64,000 nt of DNA, taken from assembly GCA_965202625.1 (NCBI GenBank), contig CBDBBI010000010.1:1216001-1280000 (forward strand), in the 5' to 3' direction. This document shows positions 33,212 to 43,002 of the stretch, piece after piece. The notes below the pieces were generated by a model. That model did not search any database. It was not told the DNA's origin and saw only the letters and a list, made by a program, of their open reading frames with translations. This DNA is from a bacterium (GTDB lineage Bacteria > UBA8248). Numbering within the stretch: the stretch's first letter is position 1; every line of letters begins with the position of its first letter. The position numbers and the translations under genes are program-made.

Positions 33212-33246
33212 GGGCGCGCGCGCCTCCGGCCCGGGCGGAAACCGGC

Positions 33247-35067
33247 TCAGGTTCGCAAAAAGCGGCTTCTCACGAGGCCGGCGCCCAGCACCAGCATGAC
33301 GGGACGCCCATGCGGGCAAGTCCACCTGCCCGGCGCTCTTTCCAGCTCCTCGACCAGGGCGGCCGCCTCTTCTGGACGCATGGGCCGAGCGGCCTTCACG
33401 GCGCCCCGACAGCTCATGCGCGCGATGATGCCGTCAATCAGGTCGGCGAAGCTCACGGGACGCTCCAGGTCCACCAGTCCCTCGACGATCTGGCGCGCCG
33501 CTCCCGCAGGGTCCCTGTCCGCCAGAAGCGCCGGCACGGCCCGAACCTCGTATTCCCCCGGACCGGCGCTCTCCAGCTCGAAACCGGCGCGCAGCAGATC
33601 CCCGCGATGCGCCTCAAGGCTCAGCGCTTCCTCGGGCCGCAGGCGGACGACTTCGGGCACGAGGCACGCCTGGCTCTCCACGCTCCCCTTCCGGAACTGA
33701 TCGCGAAACCGGTTGTAGAGCACCCGCTCATGGGCGGCGTGCTGATCCACGAGCACCAGCCCCTGCGGGGAGGCGAACAGCAGAAAGCACCCCTCCCATT
33801 GGCCGAGGTAGCGACACTCGGAGAGAACGACGGGGTCGGCCGGATGGGGCGGCTCGAGGAGGCGCTCAAGCGGCGCGCCCCGCGCTTCGGCGGGGACGTG
33901 GACAGACGGCTCAGGTGCGGACGCAGCCTGCTCTGGGCAGCCATCGCCCCCGAAGTATCCGCCTCCGCCCACAAGGGAGGGGCCCGATGGCCGGAGCGCG
34001 GCGATGCGCGCCGCCTCTCGCATCGGTGCGGTGCCCTGAGCGACGAAAGCCCGCCGCCTTTCCGGAGGTCTGGCGCCCAGAACGGCGGAGACGCTATCGC
34101 GCACCAGATCATATACGCTGGAGGCGAAGCGGAAGCGCACCTCCTGCTTGGCGGGATGGACGTTCACGTCCACGTCCTCGGGCGGCATCTCCAGAAACAG
34201 GATGAACACGGGGTGGCGCTTCACCGGCATGAAGCTGCGGTAGGCCGCATACACCGCGTGGACGAAGAGGCGGTCCCGAATAGGACGTCCGTTCACGAAG
34301 AGATACTGCGCGTCTCGGGTGGAACGGTTCAGGCTGGGAGCACCCGCCCAGCCGCTGAACGTCATCCTCCCCGATGCGGCGGGCGGAATCTCTATCAAAT
34401 GAGAGACCGCCGCCTCGCCCACGAGCTGCGACGCGCGGACGAGCCTCTCTCCAGAGACGTCGAGGTCGAGCAGCACCTTTTTCCCGTGGCGCATGACGAA
34501 CGCGACGCTCGGGTTCGCCATGGCCGCCTGGTTCGCCACCTCCAGACAACGGGCGAGCTCGGTCTCCCTCCTCTTGAGGAACTTTCGCCGCGCCGGCAGG
34601 TTGTAGAACATCGCGCGCGCCTCGACTCTGGTGCCGAGTGCCGTGCCCATCTCGGTGACGCGCTGCAGTTTTCCGCCCTCGATGCGCACCTCCGTCCCCA
34701 GGGCGTCATCCGGCCTTCTGGTGGTGATCGCCATCTTGGATACCGCGGCGATGCTCGGCAGCGCCTCCCCCCTGAAGCCCAGAGTGGAGACGCGGGCCAG
34801 GTCCGCATTCGTCGTGATTTTGCTCGTCGCGTGGCGCTCAAGACACAAAAGCGCATCGTCCTCGCCCATGCCGTGCCCGTCGTCGACCACCTGAATCCGC
34901 GCGGCGCCCCCCGATTCGAGGTCGATCGCCACCCGCGTGGCGCCCGCGTCGATGCTGTTCTCCACCAACTCCTTGAGGGCGGAGGCGGGACGCTGCACCA
35001 CCTCGCCCGCGGCGATCTGGTTTGCGAGCGACTCCGGCAGGATGCGTATGCGGGATTGTTCTCTCAT
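33247..35067 (-). CDS. mutL: DNA mismatch repair endonuclease MutL
   Basis: NQIAAGEVV, KELVENSIDAGA, GFRGEAL, DVNVHPAK, DQHAAHER, CPHGRP. Confidence 0.98.
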   Translation of the reverse strand: MREQSRIRILPESLANQIAAGEVVQRPASALKELVENSIDAGATRVAIDLESGGAARIQVVDDGHGMGEDDALLCLERHATSKITTNADLARVSTLGFRGEALPSIAAVSKMAITTRRPDDALGTEVRIEGGKLQRVTEMGTALGTRVEARAMFYNLPARRKFLKRRETELARCLEVANQAAMANPSVAFVMRHGKKVLLDLDVSGERLVRASQLVGEAAVSHLIEIPPAASGRMTFSGWAGAPSLNRSTRDAQYLFVNGRPIRDRLFVHAVYAAYRSFMPVKRHPVFILFLEMPPEDVDVNVHPAKQEVRFRFASSVYDLVRDSVSAVLGARPPERRRAFVAQGTAPMREAARIAALRPSGPSLVGGGGYFGGDGCPEQAASAPEPSVHVPAEARGAPLERLLEPPHPADPVVLSECRYLGQWEGCFLLFASPQGLVLVDQHAAHERVLYNRFRDQFRKGSVESQACLVPEVVRLRPEEALSLEAHRGDLLRAGFELESAGPGEYEVRAVPALLADRDPAGAARQIVEGLVDLERPVSFADLIDGIIARMSCRGAVKAARPMRPEEAAALVEELERAPGRWTCPHGRPVMLVLGAGLVRSRFLRT

Positions 35068-35254
35068 GGAATTTCCTCGCGTATGGGCCCAAGGGCGCAC
35101 TTTCTCCCCTATCGAGGGGCATGTCAAGAGAAAACACAACATATTGCGCCCTTGATCGCCTGATTACTCCATATCATGCAATATTTTCTCTGCTCCGCCT
35201 CTCTTCAGAATGCGGACGACAGGACGCAGGAGGCGCCCCGATATCAGGGCGGCT

Positions 35255-36013
35255 TTATGGTTGTTTTTTCGGGTCGCGCCAGACGGGAAGAAACAGCTTG
35301 TGGATGTGCTTGGTCAGCCGGTGACACTCGGGCAGGCCGAGATGTTCTTCCTGTTCCTTCAGGGCTTCGTCCCAACCGGCTTCCGACTGTGGGCAATCCT
35401 TCTCCTGCCAGGGCCAGGCGTCGCCGCAGAAATAGATGAGGAGGAGACGCGCTTTCACGTCGTTCTTATCAAGGTGATGCAAAACGGCGAGACGGTTGGC
35501 GTATTGATAGTATTTCGTCAGCCAATCGGCCGTTTGCTGAACTTTCAGATCGCCCTTGACCTTCTCAAAAACGTTTTTGATCTGTTTGATCGAGTCTGAA
35601 TCCCTCGCTCCGCAATTGGACTTGAGTTCCCCGGTGTGGCTCTTCGCCTCGACCAGTAGCCATTCCCACTCTCCACCAACCTGAATCTGGCCGACCGCGT
35701 CCCAGTTCATCACGCCGCTTCCGTGCGGCCAGCGCTTCTTCCAGGCATCCAAGACGTCGCGGTGTTTCTCGGGTGGAGTGCTGGGTTTCTCAAGCAGGAA
35801 ATCAAGGCTCTCCCACTCCGCGTCGGGCCAGCGGCCTTTACGGTGAGAACTTGCAAAAGGGAAATCGAGCCAACGCACATCACTCGCCGATGCCACCTTA
35901 CAACGGATCAAGCAATCACGGATCAAGCAATCGAGACGCTCTCGATGCCTTCCGAGATAACGCAGGAGATGACACTCGCTGCCGTAGCCGTTTCCAAATT
36001 TCGCGTTCGCCAT
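35255..36013 (-). CDS. Hypothetical PD-(D/E)xK-fold nuclease
   Basis: Real start is probably ATG 36013 after GGGGGAG; the upstream extension in the ORF track is the mazG antisense shadow. Has NWDAVG...LLVEAKSH and YYQYANRL. Confidence 0.65.
   Translation of the reverse strand: MANAKFGNGYGSECHLLRYLGRHRERLDCLIRDCLIRCKVASASDVRWLDFPFASSHRKGRWPDAEWESLDFLLEKPSTPPEKHRDVLDAWKKRWPHGSGVMNWDAVGQIQVGGEWEWLLVEAKSHTGELKSNCGARDSDSIKQIKNVFEKVKGDLKVQQTADWLTKYYQYANRLAVLHHLDKNDVKARLLLIYFCGDAWPWQEKDCPQSEAGWDEALKEQEEHLGLPECHRLTKHIHKLFLPVWRDPKKQP
35903..35932. repeat. 15-bp in-frame tandem duplication (DCLIR x2)
   Basis: ACGGATCAAGCAATC occurs twice, at 35903-35917 and 35918-35932. Confidence 0.9.
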
Positions 36014-36196
36014 CTCGTCTCCCCCGAACCAATTCCCGCGTTCGCTCCGCCGCCAAGAGCAGTTCATATCATATCTCCGGCCCGTTCGCATTTCATCACT
36101 CCGCATCACGCGGCTCTCCTCCAGAGGATCGTTGCCCGCTCTGGGGCGTTGCGCATATACTGCGCGGATAGTGATTCCCGAAGCGTGAGGCCCGCC

Positions 36197-37006
36197 TTGA
36201 GTGATGAGAAAAGCGGTTTTGAGCGCGCGGTGGAGGTCATGGCCCGCCTGAGAGCACCCGACGGCTGCCCCTGGGACAGAGAGCAGGATCACCACGCCCT
36301 GAAGCCCTACCTCATCGAGGAAGCCTACGAGGTGATGGAGGCGATAGAGACGGGCGACCCCGAAACGCTCAAGGAGGAATTGGGCGACCTTCTGCTCCAG
36401 GTGCTCTTCCACTGCCAGCTGGCGAAGGAGAGGGGACTCTTCGACGCGGAGGAGACTGCCCACGCTCTCGCGCGAAAGATGATCGCCCGCCACCCCCACG
36501 TATTCCAGAACGCCCGTGCTGAGAACAGCCGCGAGGTGCTCCGCAACTGGGAGATCAGCAAGAGAGACGCCCGCACGCAGGAGGAGAGCGGCGACGCGTC
36601 CATTCTCGACGGCGTGCCCTCGGCCATGCCCGCCCTCCAGCGCGCCCAGAGACTTCAGGGGAAGGCGTCGCGCGTGGGCTTCGACTGGCCGGACGCGGCC
36701 GGGGCGGCGGAGAAGGTGGAGGAGGAATGGAGGGAACTCCAAGGAGCGATGCGAAAGGGGGATTCAAGGGCGGTGGAGGATGAGATGGGCGATTTTCTTT
36801 TCGCGGCGGTGAACCTCTCCCGAAAGCTGGGCGTGAACGCCGAGGGGGCGACGCGCGCCTGCATCGCCCGCTTCATCGCGCGCTTCCACTATATGGAGAA
36901 ATCACTGCGCACCCAGGGACTCTCTCCGGAAGACGCGCCGCTCGACGCCCTTGAGACGCTCTGGAGCGAAGCGAAAAACGCCGAGACGGACGGGAGCGGC
37001 CCATGA
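36197..37006 (+). CDS. mazG: Nucleoside triphosphate pyrophosphohydrolase (two-domain MazG)
   Basis: LRAPDGCPWDREQ, EEAYEV, EELGDLLLQ, RHPHVF, GFDW, EMGDFLF. TTG start inferred. Confidence 0.95.
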   Translation: MSDEKSGFERAVEVMARLRAPDGCPWDREQDHHALKPYLIEEAYEVMEAIETGDPETLKEELGDLLLQVLFHCQLAKERGLFDAEETAHALARKMIARHPHVFQNARAENSREVLRNWEISKRDARTQEESGDASILDGVPSAMPALQRAQRLQGKASRVGFDWPDAAGAAEKVEEEWRELQGAMRKGDSRAVEDEMGDFLFAAVNLSRKLGVNAEGATRACIARFIARFHYMEKSLRTQGLSPEDAPLDALETLWSEAKNAETDGSGP

Positions 37007-37082
37007 TTCTCGCCAGAACGCGAATATACCCCCGCCCGATGCGCCATTCTTCCGCCTCCGCACAGACGCCCGAAGTCGCCCC

Positions 37083-39560
37083 ATGACGCGCAAGCCCGGC
37101 GCGCATCGCCCCAGAAAAGCCCCCCCCCGTGCGGGGTTGTTTCAGTATGACGGCGGCGAGCTGACCGGGGCGGTGGAGCGCATCCGCTTTCGCGCGGAGG
37201 ACACGGGCTACAGCGTCTTGCTCGTCCAGCCGGACAACGCGGATTTCCCGCGCGTGGCCGTGGTGGGACCTCTCTCGTCCATTCGGGAGGGGGAGCGCGT
37301 GCGGTTCCAGGGCCGCTGGCGGGATCATCCCCGGTTCGGTCGCCAGTTCCACGCGGAGCGCGCAAGCCCCTTGCCGCCCACGACGGTCGAGGGAATCGAA
37401 AAATACCTGGCCTCCGGCATAGTCAAGAACATCGGCCCCGTCCTCGCAAAGCGCATCGTGGCGCGCTTCGGCGATAAAGCACTCGACGTGCTCGACAACC
37501 ACCCCGAACGCCTCACGCAAGTGAGCGGCCTGAGCGAGAAGAAGCTGGCGGCGATCGTCGAAAGCTGGAAGAGCCAGAGCGAGGTCAAGGAGCTCATGCT
37601 CTTCCTTCAGCAATACGACGTCCCCCTCCACATGTCGGAGAAGATTCTCAGAACCTATGGCGACGCCTCCATCCAGGTTCTGCGCGAGGACCCCTACCGC
37701 CTGGCGGCGGACATTCACGGGGTGGGCTTTCGCAGCGCAGACGACATCGCCCAGAGGCTGGGGATTCCCGCGGACTCGCCCAAGCGGCTGGCGGCGGGCG
37801 CGGTCTATGTTCTCAACCAGTGCGCCGAGCGCGAAGGCCACGTATTCCTGCCCTATGGGGATCTCCTCGACACCGCAGCCGAAATGCTCGAGGCGGAGCG
37901 GGAGGCCCTTCTCCCCGCCCTGGATGATCTGGGAAAGGGCGGTTCCGTGATGATCGAATCGGCGAACAAGACGGAAAACCTCTCCTCGACCGCGCACAAG
38001 CGCGTCTATACGCACCCCCTGTATGCCGCGGAATGCGAGGTCGCCCGCCGCCTCGCCGCCCTCGTTCAGGTCCCGCGCGACGAGGCGCGCCTGGAGGCCG
38101 CCATACGGGGCCAGGCCGCGCGCGGAGCCACGACGAAGGAGCGTCTGGGCCACCTCGCCCGCCGCTCCCTCAAGGGCGGAATGGCCACCCGGGATCAGAG
38201 CGCGGCCATTGAGGGTGCGCTCACGCAAAAAGTGCTCATCGTGACGGGAGGCCCCGGTACCGGAAAGACGACCATCGTGCGTGCCGTCACCAGCCTCTAC
38301 CAGAAGATCGGCCTGGAGGTCGTCCTGGGTGCGCCCACCGGCCGGGCGGCCAAACGCCTCTCGGAGGTCACCGGCCACGAGGCGGCCACCATCCACCGCC
38401 TGCTGGAGTTCAGCTGGCATTCGGGCGGATTTCTGCGCGACGCGCAAAACCCGCTGACGGGAGACGTCGTGATCATCGACGAGGCCTCCATGCTCGACCT
38501 GCAGCTGACGGCTCACCTCCTGCTCGCGGTGCCGGACGCGGCGACCTTCATCTTGGTGGGCGACGTGGATCAGCTCCCCTCGGTGGGACCGGGAAACGTC
38601 CTGAGCGACGCCATCGCGTCAGAAACCCTGCCCGTGGCGCGGCTCACGGAAGTCTTTCGCCAAGGTGAGGACAGCCTGATCGTCGAAAACGCCCACCGCG
38701 TGAACCGGGGCGAGATGCCAAGGGAGGGAAAATACGAGAGGGAGGGCGCGCCGCTCGACTATTATTTCATCGAGGAAACCGAGGCGGAGCAATGCGCGGA
38801 CCTCATCGTCGAACTCTGTCGAGAGCGCATTCCCGAGCGCTTCGGAATCGACCCCATCGCCGACATTCAAGTCATCTCCCCCATGCAGCGCGGCGCGCTG
38901 GGCGTGCAGAGCCTGAACGCGCGCCTACAAGAAGCCCTCAACCCCGCAGGGAGCGCCCCCGCCCTGCAGAGCGGGGGACGGACGTTTCGGGCAGGCGACA
39001 AGCTCATTCAGGTGAAAAACAACTATGAGAAGGACGTGTTCAACGGCGACATCGGCGTCGCCCGAAGCGTGGCGCCCGAGGCCGGAAGCATTCGCGTGGC
39101 GTTCGATTCCAGCGTCGTCGAATACGCGCGCGGCGCCCTGGACGAGGTGATGCACGCCTACGCCATCACCGTCCACAAGAGCCAGGGGAGCGAATATCCC
39201 GCCGTCGTCATACCGCTTCACACCCAGCATTACCCCATGCTGCAAAGAAATCTGGTCTATACCGCGCTCACGCGGGCGAAGCGCCTCGTGGTGCTGGTCG
39301 GCGCGAAAAAAGCCTTGGGGATGGCGATAGGAAACGCCCGCGTGCGGAGGCGATGGAGCGGCTTGCCCGAGAGAATCCGCCGCGAGGCACACCTCGCCCC
39401 TCTCGTCACGAAGGCGCCCGCCTCTCCGCAGGAAGCGGAGGATGAGGCGCAATTCACGGAAGAAGCCCCGCCGGATTCGCTCTACGAGGCCGAATCATCC
39501 GAGTACGTTGACGACGCCCCGCCCTCAAAAGAACTCACCTACCACCCGGTGGAGGAGTAG
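37083..39560 (+). CDS. recD2: ATP-dependent RecD2-like SF1B helicase
   Basis: N-terminal OB/HhH region (HPRFGRQF, YLASG), GGPGTGKT, APTGRAAKR, DEASM, GDVDQLPSVG, HKSQGSE; acidic tail. Confidence 0.93.
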   Translation: MTRKPGAHRPRKAPPRAGLFQYDGGELTGAVERIRFRAEDTGYSVLLVQPDNADFPRVAVVGPLSSIREGERVRFQGRWRDHPRFGRQFHAERASPLPPTTVEGIEKYLASGIVKNIGPVLAKRIVARFGDKALDVLDNHPERLTQVSGLSEKKLAAIVESWKSQSEVKELMLFLQQYDVPLHMSEKILRTYGDASIQVLREDPYRLAADIHGVGFRSADDIAQRLGIPADSPKRLAAGAVYVLNQCAEREGHVFLPYGDLLDTAAEMLEAEREALLPALDDLGKGGSVMIESANKTENLSSTAHKRVYTHPLYAAECEVARRLAALVQVPRDEARLEAAIRGQAARGATTKERLGHLARRSLKGGMATRDQSAAIEGALTQKVLIVTGGPGTGKTTIVRAVTSLYQKIGLEVVLGAPTGRAAKRLSEVTGHEAATIHRLLEFSWHSGGFLRDAQNPLTGDVVIIDEASMLDLQLTAHLLLAVPDAATFILVGDVDQLPSVGPGNVLSDAIASETLPVARLTEVFRQGEDSLIVENAHRVNRGEMPREGKYEREGAPLDYYFIEETEAEQCADLIVELCRERIPERFGIDPIADIQVISPMQRGALGVQSLNARLQEALNPAGSAPALQSGGRTFRAGDKLIQVKNNYEKDVFNGDIGVARSVAPEAGSIRVAFDSSVVEYARGALDEVMHAYAITVHKSQGSEYPAVVIPLHTQHYPMLQRNLVYTALTRAKRLVVLVGAKKALGMAIGNARVRRRWSGLPERIRREAHLAPLVTKAPASPQEAEDEAQFTEEAPPDSLYEAESSEYVDDAPPSKELTYHPVEE

Positions 39561-39821
39561 AGGCGAGGGCCGCTTGCGGATTATCGTCCCGCCTGCGCGT
39601 TGGAAGGAAAACCAGAATCGCCTCTTTGCGGGCGCGATAGCCCTTTTTCCTCCTTCAATCAACCCCTTCTTCCGGTTGGAGATTTTCCCAAACTATTTCT
39701 CCGCCCGTTCCGGCGCGCGTTTTGGAATTTCACCCATGAAACGAAGGCTTGGGCAAAAGCGAAAAATCACCACGCGGTGCTTCTCGCCTTCATGAAAAAC
39801 GGCGCGCGAGGGGCAGACGCC

Positions 39822-40859
39822 CTATGGCGTCAACACCACCTTCAGGGACTCCCCCGCCTGGGCGACGAGGCGAAAGCCCTCTTGCGCCTCCTCCAGCGGG
39901 AGTCTGTGGGTGATCATCTCCACTGTCTTGACCCGCCGGGCGCGAAGGAGGGCCATCGCTTCCCGCAGATCGAGCGGGGCCGCGCCATAGGTGGCGACGA
40001 CTCCGATCTGCTCGCTCCAGATTCTGTTCAAGTCCACCCGTGGGTGATAGTTCGGCGGCGTGGGAGCGAAAACCTGCAAGATTCCGCATGGTGCCACGCA
40101 CGCAAGTGCCGTCTCCAAAGCCTTTGGCGCACCCGCGCACAGGATGACGCGATCCGCCAGGCGGCCGTCGTTCGCCTCCCGCAACGCCTCCGCCGTCTCC
40201 TCGCATGAGGGCAGCGCGCGCGCCCCGAACCTCTCGGCGGCCTGGAGACGATAGGGATGGACGTCCGCAGCGAATACGGGTCCGGCGCCCAGGGCGGCGG
40301 CCGCCTGAACGTGCAGCAAACCGGACACCCCACTCCCTACCACGAGGACGGAGAGGCCCGGCGTCATCCTCAAACGCCGCCAGCCGCGCAGGACGCAGCC
40401 GAGCGGCTCGATGAACACGCCCTCATCGTCCGACGTCTCATCGGGCAGGCGAAACGTCCCGTTCCTCACGTTGATCGCGGGAATTCGAATGAATTCGGCA
40501 AAACCGCCCGGGTCGAAATTCGTGTGCTTGAGCGTCGCACAGGCCGTGTGCTCTCCGCGCACGCAAAGCGCACAGCGGTTGCACGGGACGTGATGGGTGA
40601 CGAAAACGCGATCCCCCGCCTGAAAATCCCCAGCCCCCTCGCCCGCCTCGGCGACCACGCCGACCACCTCATGGCCGAGCACGCGCGGCGCGCCCCGCAC
40701 CCGGTACCACTCCATGACGTCGCTGCCGCAGACGCCGCACGCACTGGTCTCGATCAGCAGCTCGCCGGACCGAGGCCGGGGTTTCGCCATCTCCTCTATG
40801 CGCACGTCGTCGTTTCGATAATAGACCGCCGCGCGCATGATCTCTCGCGTCTCCACCAT
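39822..40859 (-). CDS. Zinc-dependent dehydrogenase (MDR family, sorbitol/threonine dehydrogenase-like)
   Basis: GVCGSD, LGHE, CNRCALC...C, EPLGC, GSGVSG. Confidence 0.9.
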   Translation of the reverse strand: MVETREIMRAAVYYRNDDVRIEEMAKPRPRSGELLIETSACGVCGSDVMEWYRVRGAPRVLGHEVVGVVAEAGEGAGDFQAGDRVFVTHHVPCNRCALCVRGEHTACATLKHTNFDPGGFAEFIRIPAINVRNGTFRLPDETSDDEGVFIEPLGCVLRGWRRLRMTPGLSVLVVGSGVSGLLHVQAAAALGAGPVFAADVHPYRLQAAERFGARALPSCEETAEALREANDGRLADRVILCAGAPKALETALACVAPCGILQVFAPTPPNYHPRVDLNRIWSEQIGVVATYGAAPLDLREAMALLRARRVKTVEMITHRLPLEEAQEGFRLVAQAGESLKVVLTP

Positions 40860-40906
40860 CCTTCAGCATTTTCTCAAGGGGGAGCGAACGCCGCACCCGC
40901 CAGAGA

Positions 40907-41812
40907 TCACTCCGCCGCGCGCGGGACCGCGCTCAAATCCTGGAACATCTCGTAGGCCGCCTCAGCCTCCAGGTCATCATGCACGACGCCGCGCACCGCC
41001 CGAATCATCTCGGCGGGATGCGCGCTCTGAAAGATGTTTCTGCCCATGTCCACGCCGGCCGCTCCGGCGTCCATCGCGCGGCGGCAAAACGAGAGCGCCT
41101 CGCGCTCGGGAACCTTTCTGCCTCCGGCGATTACGATGGGGACGAAGCAGCCGCGAACCACTTCCTCAAACCCCTCGCAAAAATAGGTCTTCACGACGTC
41201 CGCCCCATGTTCCGCCGCGATACGGGAGGCCAGCCCCAGGTAGCGCGCGTCGCGCTTCATCTCGCGCCCCACCGCCGTGATGCCCAAAACGAGCAGGCCC
41301 GCCCCCCTCCCCTCATCACTCAAGCGCGCCAGGTTCAGGATGGATTCCTTCTGATAGCGCGCCCCCACGTAGATGGAGGCGGAGACGCCCGCGACGCCCA
41401 GACGCTTCGCCTCCGTCGCCGATACGGTGACACCCTCGTTCGAGAGCTCTCGGTTCACGATTTCATCGGCGATGCGCTCGCGCAAGGCGTCCAGGGCCGC
41501 GACGTCCCCCATCCCCGCGCCCCGAACGCGCAGCTCGCGCTCGACCTCCACCGGATCGGAATAGACGATGGCGTTGCCGCCCGTGGCCCTCAGAATGACC
41601 GGCGTCTGGCTCTCAGGCGAAACGCAGTGGAGAAAACCGCCCTTCGTCGGGCTGATGGCGTCGCAGTAAGGGAGCAGGGGCTCCAGGGTTTTTCGGGGTT
41701 CTTCAAGGCCCGAGGCGGGACCCTGAAAATAGCCGTGGTCGACGGCCAGCATGACGACCCGCCTCGTCCGCGCGTTCAGAATCGCCTCAACGGCTTCAGG
41801 CATCGCTCGCAT
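40907..41812 (-). CDS. lsrF: LsrF-like class I aldolase/thiolase with an internal insertion
   Basis: MLAVDHGYFQGP, ELSNE, RIAAEHGADVVKTY, IVIAGG, GVDMGRNIFQ. Confidence 0.85.
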   Translation of the reverse strand: MRAMPEAVEAILNARTRRVVMLAVDHGYFQGPASGLEEPRKTLEPLLPYCDAISPTKGGFLHCVSPESQTPVILRATGGNAIVYSDPVEVERELRVRGAGMGDVAALDALRERIADEIVNRELSNEGVTVSATEAKRLGVAGVSASIYVGARYQKESILNLARLSDEGRGAGLLVLGITAVGREMKRDARYLGLASRIAAEHGADVVKTYFCEGFEEVVRGCFVPIVIAGGRKVPEREALSFCRRAMDAGAAGVDMGRNIFQSAHPAEMIRAVRGVVHDDLEAEAAYEMFQDLSAVPRAAE

Positions 41813-42785
41813 CCTCCGGCGGCAGGGACGCCCCGCCCTTGTAGAAGGCGCGCCTCATGGTGTGGTTCATCTCCGTGAAGTCCCCTTCTCCGCGCGACTC
41901 GTCCACCACGCGCTGCACCAGGCTGAACTTGGCGTCCATGTCGTCGGCGTAGTGGAGCAGGAGCGCCTCCTTCGACATGGGCGTTTTCACGGTTCCCCAC
42001 TCCGGCTGCCCCTGGTGCGAGAGGAGGAGGTGTTCGAGGTGAAGGAGAAAATCCTCGGGCAGCGTTTCGCCTTGGGGAAAGACGCCCGCGCGCCCCGCCC
42101 AGTCACGCGCGACGTCGCGCCCCATCGCCACGTGGCCGACGAGCCGACCCCTAGCGGTGTAGTGGACGCCGCCCTCGGTCGAGAGCTCCTCCATCTTTCC
42201 AACGTCGTGCAAAAGCGCGCCGGCGACGAGCAGATCTTTAGAGACTCCGTATTTGTCCGCGAGATAAAGACATGTTTTCGTGACGGACAGGGTGTGCTCC
42301 AGCAGGCCGCCGAGATAGGCATGATGAATGCGCTGCGAGGCGGGCCACTCGCGGAATTTTTCCTCATACCCGTTGAGTATCGCGGTGAGATACGCGGCCA
42401 CGAGCGGGTGGCAGCCGCCCGCTATGCGCTTCGTCTCCTCCCACATCACGTCGACGTCGTAGGGCGTTCGCCGCACGTAGTCCTCGCGCCGAAACCCGCT
42501 CTCATAGTCCTGATCGCTCACCCTGCGAACGCGCTCGACTTTCAGCTGCAACTGGCCCTTGTAGCTCTCCGCAACGGCGCGCACCTTGATGAAATCCCCC
42601 GCCCCCACGATGCCCTCCACCTGGGTCGAGGGCTCCCAGACTTTAGCGGAAATCTCGCCCGTAGCGTCCTCGAGCCACAAATCGAGATACTCCCTGCCCG
42701 CCCTGCTCAGGCGCGCCTCGTATTCCTTGACCCTGAAAAACGAATCGAATCGCTCGCCCTCTTTCAACGCCGCCACCTGCGCCAC
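41796..42785 (-). CDS. OB-fold + HD-domain 3'-5' exoribonuclease (YhaM/Cbf1 family)
   Basis: L.DATGEISAKVW OB fold, HHAYLGGLLEHT, LLHDVGK, SHQG, HYADDMDA. GTG start after GGAGGAG. Confidence 0.9.
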   Translation of the reverse strand: MAQVAALKEGERFDSFFRVKEYEARLSRAGREYLDLWLEDATGEISAKVWEPSTQVEGIVGAGDFIKVRAVAESYKGQLQLKVERVRRVSDQDYESGFRREDYVRRTPYDVDVMWEETKRIAGGCHPLVAAYLTAILNGYEEKFREWPASQRIHHAYLGGLLEHTLSVTKTCLYLADKYGVSKDLLVAGALLHDVGKMEELSTEGGVHYTARGRLVGHVAMGRDVARDWAGRAGVFPQGETLPEDFLLHLEHLLLSHQGQPEWGTVKTPMSKEALLLHYADDMDAKFSLVQRVVDESRGEGDFTEMNHTMRRAFYKGGASLPPEDASDA

Positions 42786-43002
42786 GCGCCCGCTCCTCCC
42801 AAACGCCCGCTTCCGCTTTTTCATTCGGAGACGGCATTGTAGGGGCAACAAGTCCACATTCTCAATGATAGATACTTGGCCCTATTCCTATTTTTAAGAT
42901 TAGTGTATGTTTCCTCTTTACGCAGCCCAAAGACTGTAATCAAAACAAAAAAACTCCGTATAATTATTTTGTCTCTTATATTCAAAGCGTAGAAACAAAA
43001 TA

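Noticed and set aside
36197-42785. mazG, recD2 and the yhaM-like gene as parts of a larger defence island
   Set aside because: They have host-like composition and canonical housekeeping architecture (two-domain MazG, RecD2); proximity to nuclease islets alone is not evidence.
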